DNA from: Euryarchaeota archaeon UBA88
Lineage (GTDB): Archaea; Thermoplasmatota; Poseidoniia; Poseidoniales; Poseidoniaceae
Direction: 5' to 3'
DNA: 63,429 nucleotides
Assembly (NCBI GenBank): GCA_002499545.1
Contig: DAME01000024.1
Location: 4 to 63,432 of the forward strand
The position numbers and the translations under genes were made by a program. Shown piece by piece: positions 9,165 to 17,513 of this stretch. Each line of letters begins with the position of its first letter. Position 1 is the first letter of the stretch. The notes below the pieces were generated by a model. The model had not been told where the DNA came from and did no database searches. It worked only from the letters and a program-made list of their open reading frames with translations.

Positions 9165-10393
9165 AGATGACAACGATGTTCAAATGGAGGAGCAATCCAA
9201 ACGTGCTTGCCCGATTGGTTGATGGAAACGATATCAAAACATGGACGGCACGTCAAGTAGTCTTGAAGCCCAATGAAGCATGTGCCTTCATCGTCGATGG
9301 AAGAATCGGAGATATTGTTTCAGAGAAAGTTGTCCGAAACATCGGCGGCGGTCTTTCACGACACATTGCAGACATGATGGGAGCGACGGCCACCGACCGA
9401 CGCATGTTGTTCGCCATGACTGGCCCGGTGGATATCTTGGTGCCGTTCGAAGCTTCACTTGCAGATGGTTCAAGCGTTCTTGGATACACCAATCTTCGGT
9501 TACAACTTCGCAAAGATGACATCCCGAAATTACTGAATGTTTTCGCTAACCATGCACCTTTGTTGGACAAAGATGCTTTGGTGAAACTGGTTAAGACGGA
9601 ATTGATCACTCGCATAGTCGTACCAACTATGGCAGGGTGCGCTTCACAAGAACAGTTGAGAAGCGCTGCGTTTCAAGAACACCTTGAGATGCATACGGAA
9701 GTCGAGATGCGTCAAACGCTTTCATCAATTGGATTCACGTTCCTACGAGCATTTATTTCGACCAACAAAACAGACCAAGAGAAACTTTCGAAATTGAGAA
9801 ACGACTTGGCGTTTGCAACCCAAACCGAAGGGGCAAATTCCGAAGCAGTCATGGAACGTATTGCCATTCGTGAGGCAACAACGCTGCGTCGAATCGAATG
9901 TGAGATCAACGTTAAGCAGGCAAAAGCACGCGGCGAGGTGACCGTTCAGGCTGAATCCGAACTTTTACAATTACGAAAGCAGGAAGCAGTCTGGGAAGCA
10001 GAATTGAAACGTGACCAAGGCCAAGCCGACCTCCGAATGCAGGAATCAAGCCATCAAACAACCAAAGCAATGGACTTGTTTGAGCAGGTCCAAGCTCGTA
10101 AACGCGACCGTATACAACAGCAACAAGATTTCCAAGACAAACGCATGGACACGCAGAATGAACTGCAGATGAAAATGATGGAAATGGCAGCTCAAAATGG
10201 GGCATTGACCCCTGAAGTAATGCAAGAATTCCTTCGCCAACAAACTGCTCAAAAAGCAATTGATGGAGAAAGTCAGGGTTCAACTCCCGCTAGCCCTCCA
10301 CCCATGGCACCGCCTGCAAACCAGTGTCAATCGTGCAACGCTGTGATGATGCCTGATTGGAAGGCCTGCCCACATTGCGGTTGGACACGATAG
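9161..10393 (+). CDS. SPFH/band-7 domain protein with coiled coil and C-terminal zinc ribbon
   Basis: N-terminal 'VVLKPNEACAFIVDG' YdjI-like SPFH; long E/Q/K/R coiled coil; Pro linker; CQSC...CPHCG. Confidence 0.75.
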   Translation: MKMTTMFKWRSNPNVLARLVDGNDIKTWTARQVVLKPNEACAFIVDGRIGDIVSEKVVRNIGGGLSRHIADMMGATATDRRMLFAMTGPVDILVPFEASLADGSSVLGYTNLRLQLRKDDIPKLLNVFANHAPLLDKDALVKLVKTELITRIVVPTMAGCASQEQLRSAAFQEHLEMHTEVEMRQTLSSIGFTFLRAFISTNKTDQEKLSKLRNDLAFATQTEGANSEAVMERIAIREATTLRRIECEINVKQAKARGEVTVQAESELLQLRKQEAVWEAELKRDQGQADLRMQESSHQTTKAMDLFEQVQARKRDRIQQQQDFQDKRMDTQNELQMKMMEMAAQNGALTPEVMQEFLRQQTAQKAIDGESQGSTPASPPPMAPPANQCQSCNAVMMPDWKACPHCGWTR

Positions 10394-10452
10394 GCCTTGG
10401 TTCATGAATCGCTGGGGAAAGTACTACTTCCTCTCACTCTTGTTTTCACTTT

Positions 10453-11208
10453 ATGGCGATAACTTGGGCTTCGAAACCGTGGTCTTTCTGGAAGACTCAC
10501 TGGCAGAATCGAACCGACTTCAAACATCGAAGAATCAGTTTGATGATTATCGGTTTCTTCGTGGTCGGAGCAGCCATACCGTACTTAATCATCAACAGAA
10601 TTGCAGATTACTTCGGTCGCCGGGCATTCAATCCCGAAATTCCATTTGATGTCGACCTGCCGTTCATGGCATGGATGGTAATACCGTACTTATCCCTGTA
10701 CCTTTACTATCCTGCAGCGGCATGGCTAGGAAATAAGAACGATGTTATGTGGCGGCAAAACATCGTGTTTCATCAAATGATGATCACTTCGAATTGGATG
10801 TGTTTCGCAGTATTTCTCATCTTCCCAGTGGAAATTGATTTGCGGCATCTCGTCGTTGGAATCGAGGGAAGTGGATGGGAGGCGTGGTATGTCTTGGTTC
10901 ATGGCGTTGACAAACCTTGGAATTCGTGGCCATCTCTCCACGTCGTTCAAAGCACTCAGATTGTCATGATTTTGAGGTACTGGTATCCTTCCACGACGCG
11001 TAAAGTCTGGGTCTTGCAGACGCTCCTTGTTATCTGCTGCGCCCTGCTCGTGATTTCGACATTGACCATCAAGCAGCACTACCTCTGGGACGCAATCACT
11101 GGACTTACCTTCACCGCAGTCACATGGAAGTTTTGGATGAAGCCGTGCCTCGACCGTCTCAAAGAAGCTGGGGCTCAAAAAGAATTTGACACCCTCATGA
11201 ATGCTTAA
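10453..11208 (+). CDS. PAP2-superfamily membrane phosphoesterase/phosphotransferase (Aur1/IPC-synthase-like)
   Basis: NSWPSLHV and TIKQHYLWD catalytic motifs; about 6 TM segments. Confidence 0.85.
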   Translation: MAITWASKPWSFWKTHWQNRTDFKHRRISLMIIGFFVVGAAIPYLIINRIADYFGRRAFNPEIPFDVDLPFMAWMVIPYLSLYLYYPAAAWLGNKNDVMWRQNIVFHQMMITSNWMCFAVFLIFPVEIDLRHLVVGIEGSGWEAWYVLVHGVDKPWNSWPSLHVVQSTQIVMILRYWYPSTTRKVWVLQTLLVICCALLVISTLTIKQHYLWDAITGLTFTAVTWKFWMKPCLDRLKEAGAQKEFDTLMNA

Positions 11209-12686
11209 CCAAACAGGGTTCCAACCAAATCTGGGCGAGTGAGGTAGAGAGTGAGGCTCACTCCTGCCATAATCATCATCCACGAACCGACGAGTTTGAT
11301 CATTCCAGTTGCCCGTTTGAGGAAATTAATCATCACTTGTCGTCCCAGTCCAACCATCACCGTAACAAGCACCATCAGCACAAGAAGTCCAACCATCAGC
11401 CCACCAATGCCGACCCCGGTTGCAGTTCCACCAAGTGTACTCAAATACAGGACGAACGGTAAAACAGCAGCAGCAGTGCAGTCGATGGATGCTGCCGCAT
11501 ACCCAATTCCGTACAGATACATGTTCCTCCTCGGAGTGAATGTCTCGTCTGCTTCAGTTGTACTGTATTTGCGAACAAACTTATCGACAAAGCCCATCAG
11601 ATGCGAAGTGATACCAATGAGCATCATTGAACCCAATATGACCAGTAAGACTGCGATGAAAATTGCAATGTAGTGCACTAAACCGGACTTTGTGAATGCT
11701 TCACCCATCAAAATGGCTACAACACCAATGAGGGCAAAGAATGTCCACATACCGAATCCCGAAAGTGTTCCAATCACCCATGAACTTGGCATTTTCGAGT
11801 TGAGCTTTCCTTCTGCAATGAGTTCGTCTTCACGCGCTCCAAGGGATAAATAATACGATATGAAGCCTGGTAGTACCGGGAATGCGCAAGGAGAAAAGTA
11901 CACCAAAATAGACAGAACCATTCCCAGTACGAACACTGCAACATACGATGTTGACGGTTCTTCCCAGGCAAGCCTTGAATCAAGAAGTTGCTTTGTTTCG
12001 CTCGAAGAAGGGTTTGCTTCGAGTGCTAATTCTAAGGTTCCATCGAAACTCGACCAACCATCGGTGGGAGTTCCAGTCGATTGTTTTTCGATGATGTATC
12101 CTTCTTCATCGATGATTAAAACCACGGGAATTTGACCCGTACCACCCGTCGTGAACAATCTGACAGGATCGGTTGTAGATCCATCTTCAAGGATGGCTGA
12201 GTTCGTGCTTCCAATACCAGTCGCATAATACGGCACGTGGTATGAACCGGATGTCTCATTCAGATATGGGATGTCTTCACTGTACCAAGCACCGTAGGCA
12301 AATATTTCAAGCGCTTTTCCCGAATTATTCGCCATCTGCAACCAGGAATCCATGTTTGCTTCGATGTGTTCTTGAACTGCGTGACAATTACTACAATCGT
12401 GTGCCATCAGGTCTAAGATGATGATACTACCACGGAAATCATCGAGTGAAATCCAGCCGGTATCATTTGCTAGAGGCCCCTCGACCGAAGAGCGATTAAG
12501 AGATTCAAAGACGATGTTTGGGATTGGAGCAGGGTCTGCATCGGATGCGAACACTTCATCCATACTGTCGAACATCGACAGGGCCGCGTAGGAAATTGCA
12601 ACGAACATCACGGCAGCAATACCGAATGCTTTCCATGTTTCAGTCTGTTTGAAGACTGAAAAATCTGCCTGACCCAGTAGCCCCAC
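11205..12686 (-). CDS. Thioredoxin-like (CSNC) domain fused to a CcdA/DsbD transmembrane domain
   Basis: N-terminal TM anchor, 'LDLMAHDCSNC', then FSPCAFPVLP and SIDC redox cysteines within 6 TMs. GTG 12686 with GGTTCAAA about 25 nt upstream. Confidence 0.85.
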   Translation of the reverse strand: MGLLGQADFSVFKQTETWKAFGIAAVMFVAISYAALSMFDSMDEVFASDADPAPIPNIVFESLNRSSVEGPLANDTGWISLDDFRGSIIILDLMAHDCSNCHAVQEHIEANMDSWLQMANNSGKALEIFAYGAWYSEDIPYLNETSGSYHVPYYATGIGSTNSAILEDGSTTDPVRLFTTGGTGQIPVVLIIDEEGYIIEKQSTGTPTDGWSSFDGTLELALEANPSSSETKQLLDSRLAWEEPSTSYVAVFVLGMVLSILVYFSPCAFPVLPGFISYYLSLGAREDELIAEGKLNSKMPSSWVIGTLSGFGMWTFFALIGVVAILMGEAFTKSGLVHYIAIFIAVLLVILGSMMLIGITSHLMGFVDKFVRKYSTTEADETFTPRRNMYLYGIGYAAASIDCTAAAVLPFVLYLSTLGGTATGVGIGGLMVGLLVLMVLVTVMVGLGRQVMINFLKRATGMIKLVGSWMMIMAGVSLTLYLTRPDLVGTLFG

Positions 12687-12792
12687 TGGTGACCTTAGCA
12701 GCGGTTGTGGTTTGAACCTAATCATTCGATGAGTTGGAGATACAATCCTAAATCTGCAATCAAACAAAATACCACTGTACGAACACACGACC

Positions 12793-13038
12793 ATGGAGTA
12801 TGGATATTTTTCACTTGCACTCATTGTAGGATTTGCTTTGACTCGGATCATTACCGAGCGAACGAACTTCCATTTGAGATTCAAAGGATTGTGGATTCAT
12901 CATTGGATTCTGGCTGCAGCCGCAATGCTGGTACTTTTGCAGTTCGGCATCGACGAGCCGCTCCTTTGGGGTAGCCTAACCGGCGCATCATTGGAAGGAT
13001 TGGTTCGGAAGAACTGGTCAATCATCGACCGTACCTGA
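12793..13038 (+). CDS. Small membrane protein (81 aa)
   Basis: Three hydrophobic segments and a WIHHW motif; fills the gap between flanking genes exactly. Confidence 0.65.
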   Translation: MEYGYFSLALIVGFALTRIITERTNFHLRFKGLWIHHWILAAAAMLVLLQFGIDEPLLWGSLTGASLEGLVRKNWSIIDRT

Positions 13039-14259
13039 TCACGATATGTTTTCTTCAAGAACATAGATGATTCCGGCCCAACTGAAGATGAGTAAATCAT
13101 CATTGAGACTGTGTCCAAAACCGACAATCATGGTACCAGTTTGTGCAATGAGTTCAGCATCCCATGCTGAACCGTTTGCCTTCGCAAGCCAAATACTTCC
13201 GGTGCAGAAGTCACCGTACAGATAGCCGTCACGAAGTGCAGGCGCTCCCCAATCCATCCACTCCCCACCAGAAATTGAACAATTACCACCTTCATGTGGA
13301 TAGGTAACGACTGGGTCAGTGTAGTTCGAATCAGTGTTCAGGGGCGTTGAACCACACTCTTCTGTTGGATTAAATTGGTGCATGCCTTCATTCACTGACC
13401 ACCCTAAATTGCTCGGTTCATGAAGGGGGACGTAATTGACTTCTTCGTAGCAGTTCTGACCGACATCGGTAATCCAGAGGCCGTTGTTTGGGTCAACATC
13501 GAACCGCCATGGATTGCGAAGTCCGCTGTGCAAAATATACGGATTGGTATCCGTCGAGTTGCTTACTGGGCTAATCGTACCGTTTGCGTACTCCATGAGA
13601 TGGATAGCTCCCAACGGAGATGAGAGGTTCTGCGCGTTCTTAAACGGAGAGTTTGAACCGCCACCATCACCAAGACCCCATAAGTATTGGTTGTTCCCAA
13701 TACCGAGTAAATGGCCGCCGTTGTGGTTCCGGTACGGTTGCGAAATTTCCCGGAGTGGACGAACTGATGCGATATCGATGGTCCCGTTGACGACCGTTGA
13801 GTCTGCAATAATGAGGTTTGAATCGTTTGAACCCTCGCAGGTACTGGTTCCTACTGTACCGTTTCCTATGTACGAGAGAAGAACGGTTTGGGTTGTATTG
13901 AAGTTCTCTTCAAAGACGAAACTGAGTAACCCCTGCTCTATGTGGCATCGGCTCACAATGGAGGAAAGGTTCGCAACAGTTCGAAGTTCTTCTCCATCCC
14001 ATGCAGAGATGACTCCGCTCAAATCTGCAATCCATATTTCATCTTCAGATGGGTGATGGATACTGGCAATTGGAGTTTCAAAACCGGTAAGGTATTCTTT
14101 GCAGATAAGATCATCACGCAAATCGAGATTACACGAAACCTCAACCCTTTCTGGCCACTCATATCCAGTGTCTTCTTCCTCAGAAGACAGGCATCCAACC
14201 AACGAACAGTTCAACAACAGAATGCACGCCAAAAGCGTTCGAGTTACCAAGTTACGCAC
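13039..14259 (-). CDS. PQQ-dependent sugar dehydrogenase (GSDH/HHIP-like beta-propeller) lipoprotein
   Basis: Lipobox LVGC; EQGLLS, NHNGG, GLRNPWRF, DVGQNCYEEVN, SISGG, YGDFCTG. Start is GTG 14259 or TTG 14250. Confidence 0.85.
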   Translation of the reverse strand: MRNLVTRTLLACILLLNCSLVGCLSSEEEDTGYEWPERVEVSCNLDLRDDLICKEYLTGFETPIASIHHPSEDEIWIADLSGVISAWDGEELRTVANLSSIVSRCHIEQGLLSFVFEENFNTTQTVLLSYIGNGTVGTSTCEGSNDSNLIIADSTVVNGTIDIASVRPLREISQPYRNHNGGHLLGIGNNQYLWGLGDGGGSNSPFKNAQNLSSPLGAIHLMEYANGTISPVSNSTDTNPYILHSGLRNPWRFDVDPNNGLWITDVGQNCYEEVNYVPLHEPSNLGWSVNEGMHQFNPTEECGSTPLNTDSNYTDPVVTYPHEGGNCSISGGEWMDWGAPALRDGYLYGDFCTGSIWLAKANGSAWDAELIAQTGTMIVGFGHSLNDDLLIFSWAGIIYVLEENIS

Positions 14260-14260
14260 C

Positions 14261-15358
14261 TCAAAGGTCGTATTTGTCGCTAAAGTATGCTTGAATCCCT
14301 GGAACACCTTCAATCAGCGTCCCGTAGTTTCCAAGATGGTCGGTGGTGTTGACGATTGTAATTCCGGGTGTGCTCAGGACATCGTCGAGGACGTCAAGCC
14401 CTGAATCAGACTGCGACATTTGTGCCAGCGCATCTTGCAGTGCTGTCACATTGGTGGTGTCGAGGAAGTCGGGATTGAACATGATTGGATGGCTCGGAGC
14501 CTTTCCAAACGTTGGAAGAGCGTAGTAATCATCGATGGTTTGGAAATCACCGGTGAAGCACCAGTCTTCGTTATCGTTTGAATCTTCATTGCCACAATAA
14601 CTTGGAACTGTGGGATCTTTGGCAAATGAAATGTAGTCCATACCACCTTCTGCAAGGCATCGCAAGGAGCCAATGTATCGGTAGTACTTACCTCCGCTCT
14701 CTGGAATGCTGGAATCTTCTGAGAAGTGACCAGTCACAGTGTCGTGCAATGAATCAATCTCATTGGGGTCGCCGACCACTTCGATGTATCCGTTGGTAAT
14801 CATGTAGCCCATGGGCAAGAGCATTCCGGAGCTTCCAAGAGCCGAGGTGTGACACGATGTCTTTCCTGCCATCAATTCAAATGGGTCGGTTGAGTTGTCG
14901 CCATCTTTGTCAGCCATGGCCATGTCAGAATCTTGGTGAACCCAAGCGATTGCATTGTAGAACGGTCGGCCATCTGCCTTTTGTTCCGCACCAAGAACTT
15001 CCAGTCCATAGAGTTGCCAACTGAGCCAGGCAGCTCCACCGTCAAGGAAACCAATGTCAGCATGTCCAAATCGGAGAGCTTCAATGGTTGCAGCTGGGCT
15101 GCTAACGGGATAGATTTCAACTTCCTTACCCAAGATATCTGAGAGATGATCTGCCAATTTTTGTGGGTTTTCGTCACTGTTTCGGTATTCTTCCTTTGCT
15201 TCAAAGGCAATGGTTAAGCAGTTGGAATCATCCTCACACTTTTCAAAAGAGACAGGATTTGAGAGGCATCCGGAGAGCCCTGCTGATGCAACGAAAAACA
15301 CGAGTAGAAAACTTTGAGCAATTTTAGATAAGGTTGGTTTGAAAGTCGGTCCGGTCAT
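14261..15358 (-). CDS. Single-lobe transferrin-like lipoprotein (PhnD/transferrin PBP2 fold), candidate Fe3+-binding protein
   Basis: Lipobox LSGC; transferrin signatures ADIGFLDGG, FYNAIAWV, GKTSCHT...SSGMLLPMG, YYRYIGSLRCL and APSH. Confidence 0.85.
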   Translation of the reverse strand: MTGPTFKPTLSKIAQSFLLVFFVASAGLSGCLSNPVSFEKCEDDSNCLTIAFEAKEEYRNSDENPQKLADHLSDILGKEVEIYPVSSPAATIEALRFGHADIGFLDGGAAWLSWQLYGLEVLGAEQKADGRPFYNAIAWVHQDSDMAMADKDGDNSTDPFELMAGKTSCHTSALGSSGMLLPMGYMITNGYIEVVGDPNEIDSLHDTVTGHFSEDSSIPESGGKYYRYIGSLRCLAEGGMDYISFAKDPTVPSYCGNEDSNDNEDWCFTGDFQTIDDYYALPTFGKAPSHPIMFNPDFLDTTNVTALQDALAQMSQSDSGLDVLDDVLSTPGITIVNTTDHLGNYGTLIEGVPGIQAYFSDKYDL

Positions 15359-15370
15359 GCTAATGCCCCT

Positions 15371-15388
15371 ATTTAGGCCTCCCTAAAT
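15371..15388. promoter_or_regulatory. DtxR/MntR/SirR-family operator box 1
   Basis: Perfect palindrome ATTTAGG-CCTC-CCTAAAT, 13-30 nt upstream of the transferrin-like ATG. Confidence 0.75.
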
Positions 15389-15404
15389 ACCGACGTACAT
15401 AAAG

Positions 15405-15420
15405 TTTCGGCGCACCTAAA
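15405..15420. promoter_or_regulatory. DtxR/MntR/SirR-family operator box 2
   Basis: TTTCGG-CGCA-CCTAAA, one mismatch to the TTTAGG-N4-CCTAAA pattern. A minus-strand TATA (CTTTATG, 15398-15404) sits between the two boxes. Confidence 0.65.
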
Positions 15421-15448
15421 AATCGTAATCCCGTCTTGATGTCGCAAA

Positions 15449-15521
15449 TGGGCTCGGCCGGAATTGAACCGGCGATCTTCGCCATGTGAAGGCGACATCA
15501 TAACCCCTAGACCACGAGCCC
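15449..15521 (-). tRNA. tRNA-Val(CAC)
   Basis: Cloverleaf GGGCTCG...CGAGCCCA; anticodon arm TCGCC-TTCACAT-GGCGA; T arm GCCGG-TTCAATT-CCGGC; CCA not encoded. Confidence 0.97.
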
Positions 15522-15574
15522 TAAGGTAAATCGTCGTAAAGCATCGCTGATATAAGCCTCGCCGTTGAGAGAAT

Positions 15575-16660
15575 TCAGCGATGGTCGTTCAGATGGACAA
15601 GGCCTACTTCGAGTCGGTCGTGGGTTGGATGAACCTCAACAAGTTGGACTGGAACGTGAACGACCTCCGAAAGTTCCTCAGCAAGAGCAAGCGGTAATTC
15701 AATTCGTTTGTGTTGAGCATCGTACCGTATCCAACCCTCGGCGATTCCCATTTCTCGTCGTAGTTCAGCGATGTCGTCATGCGCATCGTCCAAATCTGTT
15801 GGGATTGCACCAAAAGCAATGGTGTCATCGTTGGTGAGAACCTCGTATGGTCTTAGTGTTGCTTGACCGCGACGGCGAAAACGTGCACGGAGTTGACCTG
15901 CGTCCTTGAAACGAGCTGAACAAAACTTGAGATGGAAATCAAGCGGTTGAGATGCCTCTTTGAGTCGAAGAGCTAACTCCGCTGAACCTTCGGCTGCTGC
16001 GGTAATTCCACCACTCAGGTTGAATCCTCGAACGTCCATGTTTTCTTGGTTTCCAACGGTAATTTCCAGTTCGTTAAGGTTCAAAAATTGAACAGGGGAT
16101 GAATCAAGTTCATCAAGCAAAGCGAACAATTGATTCTCTTTGTCCGGTTCGCAAGGAAGTTCTACACCGACATTGATGTCTGCATCTCTGCATGCTTGCA
16201 TCACTGAGAGGTACTTTCCAACTGTTCCATCCAGTAAATGGAAACGAATTTCATCAAGACCAGCCTCACCAAAATCCTTTGCCCTCTCTGCCTTGAACGG
16301 TATTGAAGTATAGATGTGGACGTGATGCGTTTCACCAAAAGCAGACTTGAGTTGACGCACCGCTTCGAGTGACTTCTCTAGGTCAAGCATCGGGTCTCCG
16401 CCAGTGATTCCCGTCCCCGTAGCATTCATGGCATGGCCTTCTTCGATGACTTCGTCCCACGTGGTACATCGGCGCTCATTAGCAAACATGTCAGGTGACT
16501 CACGTCGGTTATCGGAGAGAGGACAATAATCGCATCCCCAGTGGCACTTCCCCGTCACGAAAAGCACCATCTTACTGCCTCGCTGGCACTGGACACAACC
16601 CTCTGCTTCACCTGCTTCGGCAGGCAAAATTTCGGTAGCCATCGGCAGGGACATCGTCAT
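15575..16660 (-). CDS. Archaeal radical SAM protein of unknown function (COG2108-like)
   Basis: CHWGCDYC cluster motif, upstream GCVQC, GITGGDP, GLDEIRFH, FLNLNELE. Confidence 0.85.
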   Translation of the reverse strand: MTMSLPMATEILPAEAGEAEGCVQCQRGSKMVLFVTGKCHWGCDYCPLSDNRRESPDMFANERRCTTWDEVIEEGHAMNATGTGITGGDPMLDLEKSLEAVRQLKSAFGETHHVHIYTSIPFKAERAKDFGEAGLDEIRFHLLDGTVGKYLSVMQACRDADINVGVELPCEPDKENQLFALLDELDSSPVQFLNLNELEITVGNQENMDVRGFNLSGGITAAAEGSAELALRLKEASQPLDFHLKFCSARFKDAGQLRARFRRRGQATLRPYEVLTNDDTIAFGAIPTDLDDAHDDIAELRREMGIAEGWIRYDAQHKRIELPLALAEELSEVVHVPVQLVEVHPTHDRLEVGLVHLNDHR

Positions 16661-16718
16661 GTGGAACATACAGCCCTGCGGACATCGTGGTTTCAAACCC
16701 TCGCAACAATACTCAATT

Positions 16719-17402
16719 TCATTGAGAATCGGCTTGTAGTATCAGCCAACGGTGGAATCGATAATCGTTGGTCAGTTCGGGATGGAAAGTGAGTGCTAAC
16801 TTCGACCCGTCCAACACCCCAACGGTTTCTTGTTCAAGTTCAACCACTTTCGTGCATTGAATCGTGTCTTGCTCAAAGCGTGGTGCACGGATGAAAAGGC
16901 CGTGGAAACGGTTTTTTTCTCCGTTGAATGACGCATTGGATACGGGTAGCGGTTGATGATTAAAACGGTCGCGAGGTAACTGAGCAACGGCGTCAAGATG
17001 TGATGACGGTGTCTCCAAAGACACCTGAAGCATAGCCTCGAATGATTCCCGTTGACGGCCCCAAGCATTTCGGGCGATTGACGCTTGAATGAACGGTTGG
17101 TAATCGCGTCCAGGTGATGCAAGTAAGATTGCCCCCGCACAGGTTCCAAGTACTGGCCTACCTGCGTGCTGAGTCATCCACGAAAACAATGCAGCCAACA
17201 ACGCTTCACTCTCGCTTGCTTTACGCATGGCAGTCGACTCACCACCGGGTAACACCAATGCGTCGAGGGTTTCATCGACGTCTTTTCCACTGCGAAGTTC
17301 GACAACTTCGACGGGTATTCCGAGTTGTTCGGAGGCTGTACGAAGTGCTTGAGTATGCTCATGACGGGCGCCTTGAAGCATCGCAATACCGACACGCATC
17401 AT
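16719..17402 (-). CDS. pdxT: PLP synthase glutaminase subunit
   Basis: LQGA..EH, PGGEST, GTCAGAI, RNAWGRQRESFE, FIRAP, FHPELT. Confidence 0.93.
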   Translation of the reverse strand: MMRVGIAMLQGARHEHTQALRTASEQLGIPVEVVELRSGKDVDETLDALVLPGGESTAMRKASESEALLAALFSWMTQHAGRPVLGTCAGAILLASPGRDYQPFIQASIARNAWGRQRESFEAMLQVSLETPSSHLDAVAQLPRDRFNHQPLPVSNASFNGEKNRFHGLFIRAPRFEQDTIQCTKVVELEQETVGVLDGSKLALTFHPELTNDYRFHRWLILQADSQ

Positions 17403-17513
17403 GGTCTACCCTTGAGGCCATACCCTATGAGGGCAACGACATCAGCAGATGAACGACGGTGGAGCAGGCCGTAGAGCCACGGAGTTGAAAAACCGCCGTG
17501 TACAGCACACCAC

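Noticed and set aside
14261-15358. Phosphonate ABC substrate-binding protein (phnD)
   Set aside because: No phnCE genes nearby; transferrin metal ligands and DtxR-type boxes argue for metal binding.
15449-15521. tRNA-anchored integrated element (also at tRNA-Thr, 53595-53667)
   Set aside because: No integrase and no duplicated tRNA 3' end seen.
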